From: an uncultured Clostridia bacterium
GTDB taxonomy: Bacteria > Bacillota > Clostridia > TANB77 > CAG-508
Direction: 5' to 3'
Assembly (NCBI GenBank): GCA_947385375.1
Contig: CANDKR010000002.1
Coordinates: 76,653-140,652 of the forward strand
DNA: 64,000 nucleotides
Shown here in pieces: positions 55,140 to 64,000 of this stretch. How positions within the stretch are numbered: the first letter of the stretch is position 1; every line of letters starts with the position of its first letter. The position numbers and the translations under genes were made by a program. The notes beneath the pieces were generated by a model, which was given only the letters and a program-made list of their open reading frames with translations, did no database searches and was not told the DNA's origin.

Positions 55140-57270
55140 TCAAGATAAGTATAGAAAAGCAATTGACGAAATTAATGCAAGTGAAGACCTTAAACAAAGA
55201 ACTATTGAAAAAATGAAAGCAAAGAAAAGAAACAATAAAATATCATATTTAAGAATTTTATCAGCTTGTGCAGTATTTATGCTAGTAGTAGCTGGCGGTA
55301 AAGTATATTTAGATAACTCACATCTAATGTCAATAAAATGCCCAGACAATTCAAAAAGCCCAGCACCAGTAGAAAAAACGAAAACACAATTAGTTGCATT
55401 AAATAAAGAGCTACCTAGATTTGAAAGCTTAGAGCAAATGGAAGAGGTGCTTAAGGAGAAAAATTTAACTGCAAGAAATGGTATGTATTATGATGGAGCA
55501 AAAGGGGCAGTTACAGATTTAGCAGTAGAAACTGAAAGTACTTTGACAAATTCAAAACTTAGTGAGAAACAAGAAAGTGCAAGTGATGACTATTCAAAAA
55601 CTAATGTACAAGTAGAAAATGTTGATGAAGCTGACATAGTAAAAACTGATGGAAAATATATTTATTATGTAACACAGGGAATTACTTATATAATTAATGC
55701 AGATACACTTGAGATAGTTAATCAAATATCATTAAAGAGTGATAAAGAAAGATTTTCTGCAAATGAGATATATGTAAATAATGATAGATTAGTAGTAATT
55801 GGAAATTATACTAGATATCAAGAGATAGAAAATGAAGATGGTAAGAGAAGATATGAAAATTATATTTCTACTGAATGTAAGGCACAAGCAGTAGTTTACG
55901 ATATATCTGATAAGGCAGATGTTAAAGAGGTAAGGACAGTAAGGCTTGATGGATATTATAAAAATTCTAGAATGATAGGTAATAATGTATATTTAATTAG
56001 TGCAAAAGCATCATATTATTTTGATGGAATAAAAGAGGACGAGATTTTACCTAGAGTATATGATACAGGCGTTGGTGAGATGCAAATTAAAGCTACTGAT
56101 ATAGCATATTTCCCAGGTACTGAAAGCTCAAGCTTTATGACAGTTGCAGGTTTTGATATTAATAATGAAGAAAGCGTATGTACAGAAACATTTTATGGAG
56201 CAAGTGACGAAGTATATGCAAGTACAGAACATTTATATCTAACACAAATAGAATATATTTATGGAAATACTTGGAAAGAAAATACTACAAAAAATACAAT
56301 ATATAAATTCAAATTAGATGGAAATAAAATTGAATTACTTTGCAAAGGCGAAGTAAAAGGTGACTTAAATAATCAATTTTCAATGGACGAATATGAAGGC
56401 AATTTAAGAATTGCAACAACAGCTGGCTATGACGAGGACGCTGTTAACCAATTAATAGTGCTTGATGAGAACTTACAAGAAATTGGTAGAATAGACAATA
56501 TGGCTAAAGGCGAAAGAATTTACTCTGTAAGATTTATTGGAAAAGTTGGATATATAGTAACTTTTGAACAAGTTGATCCATTGTTTGTAATTGATTTATC
56601 AGACCCAAGAAATCCTGAGATAAAAGGCGAACTTAAGATACCAGGATACAGCAGTTATTTACATCCTTATGATGAAACACATATTATTGGAATTGGGCAT
56701 AATACAAAACCAAATGGCTATGGCGGAATAACAACTTCTAATATGAAAATGTCTATGTTTGATGTTTCTGATTTAAGCAATCCAACTGAAATGTTCCATG
56801 TAGATATTGGCGGAACTTCTGCTTATTCAGATATATTATATAATCATAAAGCATTATTCGAGCATAAAGGAAAAGATTTAATAGGTTTTCCTGTAACTTT
56901 AAGAGAATATAATGCTTCAGACGATAAAGATGCTTTTGTACTATATCATATTGATTTGGAAAAAGGTTTTGAAAGATATGGAGAAATCTCAAAAGAAATT
57001 GATTATAGAACAAATATAGATAGAGCAATTTATATAGGTGATAAACTATATACTTTAGCAGAATTAGAAGTTAGAAGCTATAATTTAGAAGGTTTAGAAG
57101 AACTTAAAACTTTAAAAATTGAACAAGATATTAGTGATGTGTATGAAGAAACAAAAGGCATAATGCCTTTAGTAGATTATGCAGAGCCAATGAATGGTGA
57201 AGTTTCAGAAGAAGATACAGCAAGCACATCTCCAGCAGATACAGCAAGTTATGATTTATTAGAAGAATAA
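55132..57270 (+). CDS. Anti-sigma N-terminus fused to an extracellular beta-propeller domain
   Basis: TM segment, then YSKTNVQVENVDEADIVKTDG, NQFSMDE, IYSVRF, DPLFVIDL, GELKIPGYS.YLHP. Confidence 0.88.
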   Translation: MNNQDKYRKAIDEINASEDLKQRTIEKMKAKKRNNKISYLRILSACAVFMLVVAGGKVYLDNSHLMSIKCPDNSKSPAPVEKTKTQLVALNKELPRFESLEQMEEVLKEKNLTARNGMYYDGAKGAVTDLAVETESTLTNSKLSEKQESASDDYSKTNVQVENVDEADIVKTDGKYIYYVTQGITYIINADTLEIVNQISLKSDKERFSANEIYVNNDRLVVIGNYTRYQEIENEDGKRRYENYISTECKAQAVVYDISDKADVKEVRTVRLDGYYKNSRMIGNNVYLISAKASYYFDGIKEDEILPRVYDTGVGEMQIKATDIAYFPGTESSSFMTVAGFDINNEESVCTETFYGASDEVYASTEHLYLTQIEYIYGNTWKENTTKNTIYKFKLDGNKIELLCKGEVKGDLNNQFSMDEYEGNLRIATTAGYDEDAVNQLIVLDENLQEIGRIDNMAKGERIYSVRFIGKVGYIVTFEQVDPLFVIDLSDPRNPEIKGELKIPGYSSYLHPYDETHIIGIGHNTKPNGYGGITTSNMKMSMFDVSDLSNPTEMFHVDIGGTSAYSDILYNHKALFEHKGKDLIGFPVTLREYNASDDKDAFVLYHIDLEKGFERYGEISKEIDYRTNIDRAIYIGDKLYTLAELEVRSYNLEGLEELKTLKIEQDISDVYEETKGIMPLVDYAEPMNGEVSEEDTASTSPADTASYDLLEE

Positions 57271-57400
57271 TATGAAAAGTTCGTGAAAGTTTATGCTTTT
57301 GCGAACTTTTTGTTATAATAAAAATAATAAATATATTTTATTTTATATTAAGTTATGATATATTAACAATATATAATTTTTGGCTGGAGAAAATGAAAAG

Positions 57401-58066
57401 ATGAACGATAATACGAAAACAATATTAATAGTAGAAGATGACAACACAATTCACGATTTAATAAAAGAATTACTTGAAAAAGAAAATTATGTTGTTAAGA
57501 GTGCATATTCTGGAAAAGAAGCTTTAAATATAGTAAATACTGAAAAAGTAGATTTGATTTTATTAGATTTAATGTTACCAGAAGTAAATGGAGAAGAAGT
57601 TGTAAATGAAATAAGAACTAATATACCAATTATAGTAATTAGCGCAAAAATTGCTTATGAAGATAAAGTTAATGTGTTATTGAATGGTGCTAATGATTAT
57701 ATTACAAAACCATTTGATAAAAATGAACTTCTTGCTAGGATAAAAGTACAATTGCGAAAAGAAAAACAGAATAATTTGAAATATAAAGATTTAGAATTGT
57801 TACAAGATAATAAAACTTTAAAAATAAATAGTACAAAGATAAATTTAACAAAAACCGAATATGCAATATTTAAACAATTATTGTTAACTCCAGAAAAGGT
57901 TGTTTCAAAAACAAAGTTAGTTAATTTAATAAGTGAAGATACAGAAGATGGAGATGAAAATTCTCTAAAAGTTCACATAAGCAATATTAGAAAGAAAATA
58001 AGAAAAATTACCGACACTGAATATATCGAAGCAATATACGGAATTGGTTTTAAAATCAAGGAATAA
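57401..58066 (+). CDS. OmpR family response regulator
   Basis: IVEDD, LDLMLP, GANDYITKPF, VHISNIRKK, YGIGF. Confidence 0.93.
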   Translation: MNDNTKTILIVEDDNTIHDLIKELLEKENYVVKSAYSGKEALNIVNTEKVDLILLDLMLPEVNGEEVVNEIRTNIPIIVISAKIAYEDKVNVLLNGANDYITKPFDKNELLARIKVQLRKEKQNNLKYKDLELLQDNKTLKINSTKINLTKTEYAIFKQLLLTPEKVVSKTKLVNLISEDTEDGDENSLKVHISNIRKKIRKITDTEYIEAIYGIGFKIKE

Positions 58067-58133
58067 TATTTACCCTTTCTTAACTGCTTTTTCAAAATTA
58101 TACTGTTATAATGAATAAAAAGGAGGTAAGGAA

Positions 58134-59049
58134 ATGGAATATGTTATAGAAACAAATAATCTTACAAAAAAATATAAAAAAGTTAAAGTATTAGATAATT
58201 TCAATATGCAAATTCCAAAGGGTTCTATTTACGGATTGATAGGAAAAAACGGGGCAGGAAAAACTACATTGATACGTTTGATATGTGGTCTTCAAAAGCC
58301 AACTGGTGGAACATACTCAATTTACGGTGTAAAAAATACTAATCCTAATATAATATCAGTTAGAAAAAGAATGAGTGCAATTGTAGAAAAACCATCAATA
58401 TATTTAGATATGACAGCTGAGCAAAATTTAAAACAGCAATTTGAAATAGTAGGGCTTCCTATTACTAATTATTTAAATGAAATATTGAAACTTGTCGGTC
58501 TAGATAATACAGGAACGAAATTGGCAAAGAATTTTTCACTAGGTATGAAGCAAAGACTAGGGATTGCAATAGCATTAGTCGGAAGTCCAGATTTTCTCGT
58601 ACTAGATGAACCAATAAATCGGACTTGATCCAGAAGGAATAGTTGAAATCCGAGAGTTAATATTAAAATTAAATAAGGAAAAAGGTATTACAGTCTTAAT
58701 TTCAAGCCATTATTTGGATGAGCTATCAAAAATTGCAACTGATTATGGATTTATTAATCAAGGCAAAATAATAGAAGAAATTACTAATAAAAAGTTGGAG
58801 GAAATCTCTAAAAAAAGAACTGAAATTATAGTAAACGATGTAAATGAATGTGTGAAATATTTAGAAGAAAATGGACTAGCTTATGAAGTTGTTTCAAAAA
58901 AGCAAGTTAATATTTATGATAATATAAATGTTTCTAAGTTAGTTGTAGCACTTTCAAATAAAAATTGTATAGTAGAAAATATTCGCGAGAAAGAAGAAAC
59001 ACTTGAAAACTATTATATGAATTTAATTGGAGGTGAAAGAAATGTTTAA
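58134..59049 (+). CDS. BcrA-like ABC ATPase, +1 frameshift at C58620
   Basis: GKNGAGKTT, FSLGMKQRL, LDEPIN; AAT-C-GGA then gives GLDPEGIVEIRELI...ISSH, continuing into ORF 58714-59049; 304 aa. Confidence 0.93.
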
Positions 59050-59863
59050 ATTATTAAAATCAGGTTTGTCTAGGGCAAAACAAAACAGAGTATTATTTGT
59101 GCTAATAATTATAACAATTGGCATTGCATTATTTTTTGTAATAAACAATCTTAAATTTAGAAATACTGACACTTTGGATAAAGCTCTTTTAAACTATATC
59201 AATATAGTCGGAATATTTATTGCAATGTTTACAAGTTTGTTTATTGGAGCAGAGTATGAATATGGAACAATTAGGAATAAAATCATAGTAGGTCATAGCA
59301 GAATAAATATATATTTTTCAAATTTAATTATTAGTATATTAGCAGGTATAGTTTTAGAAATTGTATATATATTAACTATTGTTCTTTTTGGAGTGTTGCT
59401 ACATTTTAAATTTGAACTATCTTTTATGCAATATGCAATACTTTTATTAGAGATTATATTTGTAATTAGTTCATTTTCGTCTGTTTTTACTTTAATATCT
59501 TTTGCTTTTTCAAATGTAACTTTTTCGACATCAGCTGGTATGTTAATATTTTTAGGCTTTTATATTATTTGCACTAACTTAGCATATCCAGTAAATATGC
59601 CAGAATATATAACAAATAGTTATTATGATGAGCAAGGAATAGAACATATAACGGAAAGTATAGTTAATCCAAACTATCCTTCAAAAGAAAAAATGTTTAT
59701 ATATAAAAATATATACTATGCAATTCCGGCGGGTCAAGCTTTAGAAATTACAGCAAAGGTAGAAGAAGTTGATACATTTAACTTGATTTTATATTCAATA
59801 GGTTCTATTTTTGTTGTTAATATAATTGGCGTATTTATTTTTAATAAAAAAGAATTAAACTAG
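59042..59863 (+). CDS. ABC-2 permease
   Basis: EYEYGTIRNKII.G.SR motif; about 6 TM segments; ends FNKKELN. Confidence 0.88.
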   Translation: MFKLLKSGLSRAKQNRVLFVLIIITIGIALFFVINNLKFRNTDTLDKALLNYINIVGIFIAMFTSLFIGAEYEYGTIRNKIIVGHSRINIYFSNLIISILAGIVLEIVYILTIVLFGVLLHFKFELSFMQYAILLLEIIFVISSFSSVFTLISFAFSNVTFSTSAGMLIFLGFYIICTNLAYPVNMPEYITNSYYDEQGIEHITESIVNPNYPSKEKMFIYKNIYYAIPAGQALEITAKVEEVDTFNLILYSIGSIFVVNIIGVFIFNKKELN

Positions 59864-59875
59864 AAAGGTGTAATT

Positions 59876-60763
59876 TTGAACATTTTGTTAAGTTTTTTTA
59901 TAATAACATCACTATTTGTAATAGTTTATTTATCATTTAAATTATTTATTGTTAAAAAATCGCTTAAAGAAATAAGATTAGATTTAAGAAAAATTTTAAA
60001 AACGGATACTAATAATTTAATTAATACATCTTCATCAGATAAAGAAGTGAGTAATTTAAGTAATGATTTAAATGTAGAATTAATGAATTTGAGAAAACAG
60101 CGATTAGAATATGAAAATGGTAATCAGGAATTAAAACAAGCTATAACTAATATTTCTCACGATTTAAGAACACCACTTACTGGAATTAATGGATATGTGG
60201 ATTTATTGAAAGAAGAGGAATTAACTGAAAAGCAATATAGATATGTTCAAAAAATAAATGATAAAACAACGGAATTAATTAATCTTACAGAGCAATTATT
60301 TGATTATTCACGAAGTTTAGATTTGGAGAAAAGAATTTGTAAGAAGAGTTATTGCATTAATGAAATTTTAGAAGAAACTATTGGGGAATACTATAAATTG
60401 TTTCAGGAGCATAATATAAATCCTGATATAAAAATATGTGAAAAGCAAATATATAAAAATGTTGATAAAACAATGATAATTAGAATATTTGAAAATTTAA
60501 TATCAAATATTATTAGATATAGTGATAATGATTGTAATATTGAATTAAAAGAAGATGGAAAGATTATTTTTTTCAATAAATCAAGCAAATTAGATGCAAC
60601 AACTGTGCGAAAGATATTTGATAGATATTATACTGTCGATGATATAAGTAAAAATTCAGGTGTAGGATTATCAATTACAAAACAACTAGTTGAAATAAAT
60701 GGAGGTAGCATTTTAGCAAAATATTTGAAAGATACTTTATATATAGTAATAGAGTTGGATTAA
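59876..60763 (+). CDS. Sensor histidine kinase (short N-terminal anchor)
   Basis: NISHDLRTPLT, ENLISN, FDRYY, SGVGLSI. Confidence 0.92.
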   Translation: MNILLSFFIITSLFVIVYLSFKLFIVKKSLKEIRLDLRKILKTDTNNLINTSSSDKEVSNLSNDLNVELMNLRKQRLEYENGNQELKQAITNISHDLRTPLTGINGYVDLLKEEELTEKQYRYVQKINDKTTELINLTEQLFDYSRSLDLEKRICKKSYCINEILEETIGEYYKLFQEHNINPDIKICEKQIYKNVDKTMIIRIFENLISNIIRYSDNDCNIELKEDGKIIFFNKSSKLDATTVRKIFDRYYTVDDISKNSGVGLSITKQLVEINGGSILAKYLKDTLYIVIELD

Positions 60764-60976
60764 ATATTATTAGTGATAAAAGATATTAAGAAATTAATAT
60801 CTTTTTTATTCATAAAAAGTACAAAAAGTTAGAAAAGTGCGAAAAGTGTTGATTTTTAAAGACTTGAATCGTTGACTTTATCAACTATTGAGAGTATATT
60901 AGAATTACCATATGGCTTTTAGCTATAGGGTATCAAAAAAAGTAGTTCTGTCGCACGTTCTATAGGAGGACATGAT

Positions 60977-61465
60977 ATGAGAACTAAAATTTTGGCTTTG
61001 GTAATGGCATGCGTTATGGCGCTGGGCTGCGGCTTGACCGCTTTCGCGGCCGAACCGTCTATGGTTGACGCTGAGTGGACTGACGCCAACACCGCTGAGG
61101 CAGGGCTCGTGGAGATCCCTGTCGTTTTTGAAACGGCTGGCACTGCTGATGCAGTATCTCCTTTTAGGCTTGACAGCCAGATCGATTTCACGGATGGTGC
61201 CAGGGGTGATTATATTCCTGACTGCGGATTTACCCCCACCTTCCAGTTTTGGGCGACCGGCGGTAGCTGGAACACACAGGTGTACTTCAATGTCAAAACG
61301 TCTGGTGGCGTGAACTATGGTCCGTTCGGACCGGTTAATGCCAACGGGTCTAACTATGCGACAAAGTCGTTTGTTGTGGCTGTTCCGGGCGGAAATTGGC
61401 ACTTTACTGCTTATACCAACGATGGTTCGAGCGGTATCACCTTCCATGTGAGGCAGATTGGTTAA
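60977..61465 (+). CDS. Secreted hypothetical protein, GC-rich
   Basis: AGGAGG RBS; signal peptide ending AFA-AE; beta-rich mature part; terminator at about 61532-61570. Confidence 0.8.
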   Translation: MRTKILALVMACVMALGCGLTAFAAEPSMVDAEWTDANTAEAGLVEIPVVFETAGTADAVSPFRLDSQIDFTDGARGDYIPDCGFTPTFQFWATGGSWNTQVYFNVKTSGGVNYGPFGPVNANGSNYATKSFVVAVPGGNWHFTAYTNDGSSGITFHVRQIG

Positions 61466-61681
61466 TTGCAAAGCTAATTTGCATATCGAACTGCTAAGAG
61501 GTAACTAATTAACCAAAGACAGAACTGCTTTTCAGCTGCGAGCTAAAATATGCTCGCGGCTGTTTTTTTTATTTTTTAGAAAATTGCTTTGTAGATAGTT
61601 AATATAATTCTGCTAAAGTGTTAAATTTAACACATATTACTGAAAAATTTTTAATATACTACTACAAAGGAGAATTTTTTT

Positions 61682-61924
61682 ATGACACTTTCAGAAGCTA
61701 TAATAAATCGAATAAATGAATTATTAAAGTTAAAACAAATGAATATCAATACATTAGCAAATAAAGCTGGTATAAGTTCTGCTACTATAAGAAGTGTTGT
61801 TAAAGGAAAATGTAAAACGCCAACAGCATCAACTTTATATTATATTTGTATTGGATTTGATATTTCATTATCAGAATTTTATGATTCAGAATTTTTTGAA
61901 AGAGATAATATTAATGATGATTAA
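61682..61924 (+). CDS. XRE family HTH regulator
   Basis: LANKAGIS.ATI......P...TL..IC.GF.ISLSEF. Confidence 0.88.
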   Translation: MTLSEAIINRINELLKLKQMNINTLANKAGISSATIRSVVKGKCKTPTASTLYYICIGFDISLSEFYDSEFFERDNINDD

Positions 61925-61977
61925 AAAGTAGTATATGTCAACAATGCATATACTACTTTTTTTAAAGGAGATACAAA

Positions 61978-62484
61978 TTGGACGAATTGTTAGATAGAGC
62001 ATTATCTGGTGATAATGATGCTTATGGTGACTTGCTGAATATGATTTTCCCAGATTTATATTATATTGCAAGAACTAGACTGAGAACAAAAGAAGATGTT
62101 GAAGAAGCTGTACAAGAAACGGCATTAAAATCATTTAAGAATTTAAAAAAATTGAAAGATAAGAAGCTTTTTAAAACTTGGATTGTGAGAATATTGCTAA
62201 ATGAATGTAAAAATGTATATATCAAAAAAAGCAAACAATTAGGCTTGATTTCTAAAATAGTTTATTTTATTGATCCAAATAATTTTGATAATTCAATTGA
62301 GGAATGTGAAAATGACATTGAATTTAGAAATATGTTAAGTTTTTTAAATAAAGATGAGGAAATTGTAGCAATACTACATTATAAATACGGATATACTACT
62401 GAAGAGATAGCATATATATTGCAGAAGAATTTGAATACTATCAGAACTCAAGTATTTAGAGCTAGAGAAAAAATGAAAAAATAG
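61978..62484 (+). CDS. ECF sigma factor
   Basis: GD.DAY, EEAVQET, FKTWIVRIL.NEC, EIA.IL....NTIRT...RAR. Confidence 0.9.
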   Translation: MDELLDRALSGDNDAYGDLLNMIFPDLYYIARTRLRTKEDVEEAVQETALKSFKNLKKLKDKKLFKTWIVRILLNECKNVYIKKSKQLGLISKIVYFIDPNNFDNSIEECENDIEFRNMLSFLNKDEEIVAILHYKYGYTTEEIAYILQKNLNTIRTQVFRAREKMKK

Positions 62485-63443
62485 AACCTATTCCACAAAG
62501 TATTCAAGACTCATTTAATAAAGCAGTTAATAAAATTAAAAAAAGTCATAATTATATCTATTATTTAAGAAAAGTTGCTATAATTATTATTTCTGTTGCT
62601 TTTTTATCAACTAGTGCTGTTTTCGCAAAAGATATTGTTCATTTTGTCTCAGCTCTCTTTACAAATTCAACAGAAGCCATAAATATTGCTATAGAAAACA
62701 ATTACATACAGGAGTTAAATCTTGATTATGTATATAATAATGATATTGGCGTTACAATAGACCATATATTGTTAGATGATAGTAACTTAGATATATCATT
62801 GATGTATAAATATACTGGTAGTGGAATGGTAGAAGAAATAAGTATAGAGGATTTTAAAATTACAAGTGATACAGGAAAAATCTTATGGAATGAAGAAGAA
62901 GGTATAAGAGATTACATTACAGAAGGATTTAGTTTATCAAAATCAGGAGAAGTCATTAAAATTGGTGAAAATATTTATAAAGATTCTTTATTAATATCAT
63001 CAGAACATTTTTCATCATGTAACGATATTATCTTACAAATCAATTCTTTTAGAGTAAAAGTAAGTGGTGAATATATAACGCAAGAAGGAAGCTGGAAACT
63101 TGAAGCACCAATAGATACAAATAAATTAAGTAGAGAAAATATACAGTATAAAGTTGAAGAAAATAAATACATACAAAATAGCCTAGCTGAAATGACAGAA
63201 ACTTCTTTTAAAATTGAATTAAATTTTAATTTAGATATTAAAGAAGAATATATAAAGAACGAAGAAAATGTTATTTTGGTTGCTGATGATGGAAAAGAAT
63301 ATACATATAAAATATCAAGTTGTAATAAAAGAAGTTTATATTTAGAATATGAAATAGGCAGATTTTTGGAAAATATAGACAATTTTATACTCAAAATAAG
63401 AATTGCAGAAAATAATATGCTTGAATTAAAACTATATAAATAG
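62466..63443 (+). CDS. DUF4179-like anti-sigma protein; 5' end lacks an in-frame ATG
   Basis: Frame is open from 62466 (…IEPIPQSIQDSFNKAV…KVAIIIISVAFLSTSAVFAK…) into ORF 62769-63443. The ATG at 62473 is one base out of frame. Confidence 0.7.
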   Translation, partial: RKNEKIEPIPQSIQDSFNKAVNKIKKSHNYIYYLRKVAIIIISVAFLSTSAVFAKDIVHFVSALFTNSTEAINIAIENNYIQELNLDYVYNNDIGVTIDHILLDDSNLDISLMYKYTGSGMVEEISIEDFKITSDTGKILWNEEEGIRDYITEGFSLSKSGEVIKIGENIYKDSLLISSEHFSSCNDIILQINSFRVKVSGEYITQEGSWKLEAPIDTNKLSRENIQYKVEENKYIQNSLAEMTETSFKIELNFNLDIKEEYIKNEENVILVADDGKEYTYKISSCNKRSLYLEYEIGRFLENIDNFILKIRIAENNMLELKLYK

Positions 63444-63446
63444 GTA

Positions 63447-63476
63447 AAGAGCGTAACCGAGTGGTTACGCTCTTTT
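63447..63476. terminator. Bidirectional terminator
   Basis: aagagcgtaacc-gagt-ggttacgctctt between convergent genes. Confidence 0.8.
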
Positions 63477-63497
63477 GAGTAAGGAAATGGCAAAAAA

Positions 63498-63983
63498 TCA
63501 GTTATACGCAGTTATTTCCATATGGACTCTTAAGGTACGCAAATCACCATATGCCTGAACATACTTAAAATAATATGCACCACCGTATGAAATGGAGATA
63601 TCTCGAATAGTGTTTTGATTTCCGTTAGCCCAAAATTGCTTTTCATCGACTTTGCTTCCATTTGAGCTATATAGTTGGATTGCTAAAATATTATTGGCGG
63701 AATGACCAGTTGCATCTGTTATGGTGATTGTGTATTTGAGTTTGTTTCCATAGTAGTTCCGTGTGCTTCCTGTGTGAGATCCATAGACATTGAAAGTGTT
63801 ATTGACGTTAGCCAGCAAGGCGATTTCAGAACCGTTCATATCAGGCATAACTTCAAAGTCATAGGTGGCAACAGGAATGCTGTCGGTTGCGATGGGTTCA
63901 GACGCATATGCAGTTGTTGCAGTTACGCAGAAGAGCATAGCAATGCTCAGAACCAGAGCTTGGATTTTTGTAAAAGCTTTCAT
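63498..63983 (-). CDS. Secreted hypothetical protein, GC-richer than host
   Basis: GGAGG RBS; signal peptide ending AYA-SE; beta-rich mature part. Confidence 0.8.
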   Translation of the reverse strand: MKAFTKIQALVLSIAMLFCVTATTAYASEPIATDSIPVATYDFEVMPDMNGSEIALLANVNNTFNVYGSHTGSTRNYYGNKLKYTITITDATGHSANNILAIQLYSSNGSKVDEKQFWANGNQNTIRDISISYGGAYYFKYVQAYGDLRTLRVHMEITAYN

Positions 63984-64000
63984 AATTATAATACCTCCAC

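Noticed and set aside
60919-61471. Overlapping ORFs 60923-61471 (-), 60919-61191 (-) and 61065-61313 (+)
   Set aside because: Shadows of the GC-rich gene 60977-61465, which has the RBS and signal peptide.

Overview
About 64 kb of AT-rich chromosome from a spore-forming Clostridia-like bacterium (spoIIP, T-box, clpPX, ymdB). Nearly all genes lie on the + strand: purine genes (purD, purN, purF, purA, guaA, guaB, deoB), thrS, ruvC, birA, trmB, five ABC systems, two two-component systems, three ECF sigma/anti-sigma pairs, blaI/blaR1-like genes and a tRNA-Leu(CAA). Main observation: six otherwise intact conserved genes (glycogen debranching enzyme, birA, purF, spoIIP, an LCP protein, an ABC ATPase) are each interrupted by one extra C placed directly before a Gly codon at a conserved position. 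This gives an in-frame CGG-(A/T), and a +1 shift restores the family motif and full length. My manual scan found no other in-frame CGG in native genes. In-frame CGG without frame disruption appears only in three GC-richer, apparently foreign genes. This suggests lineage-wide recoding in which CGG acts as a +1 frameshift or 4-base Gly signal; a systematic sequencing error is the alternative to exclude. Also seen: two copies of a 122-nt structured repeat with compensatory changes, a 6S-like rod RNA candidate, a 99-bp duplication of the tRNA 3' end, and a leader ORF plus hairpin before purA. All calls come from reading the sequence; no database searches were run.
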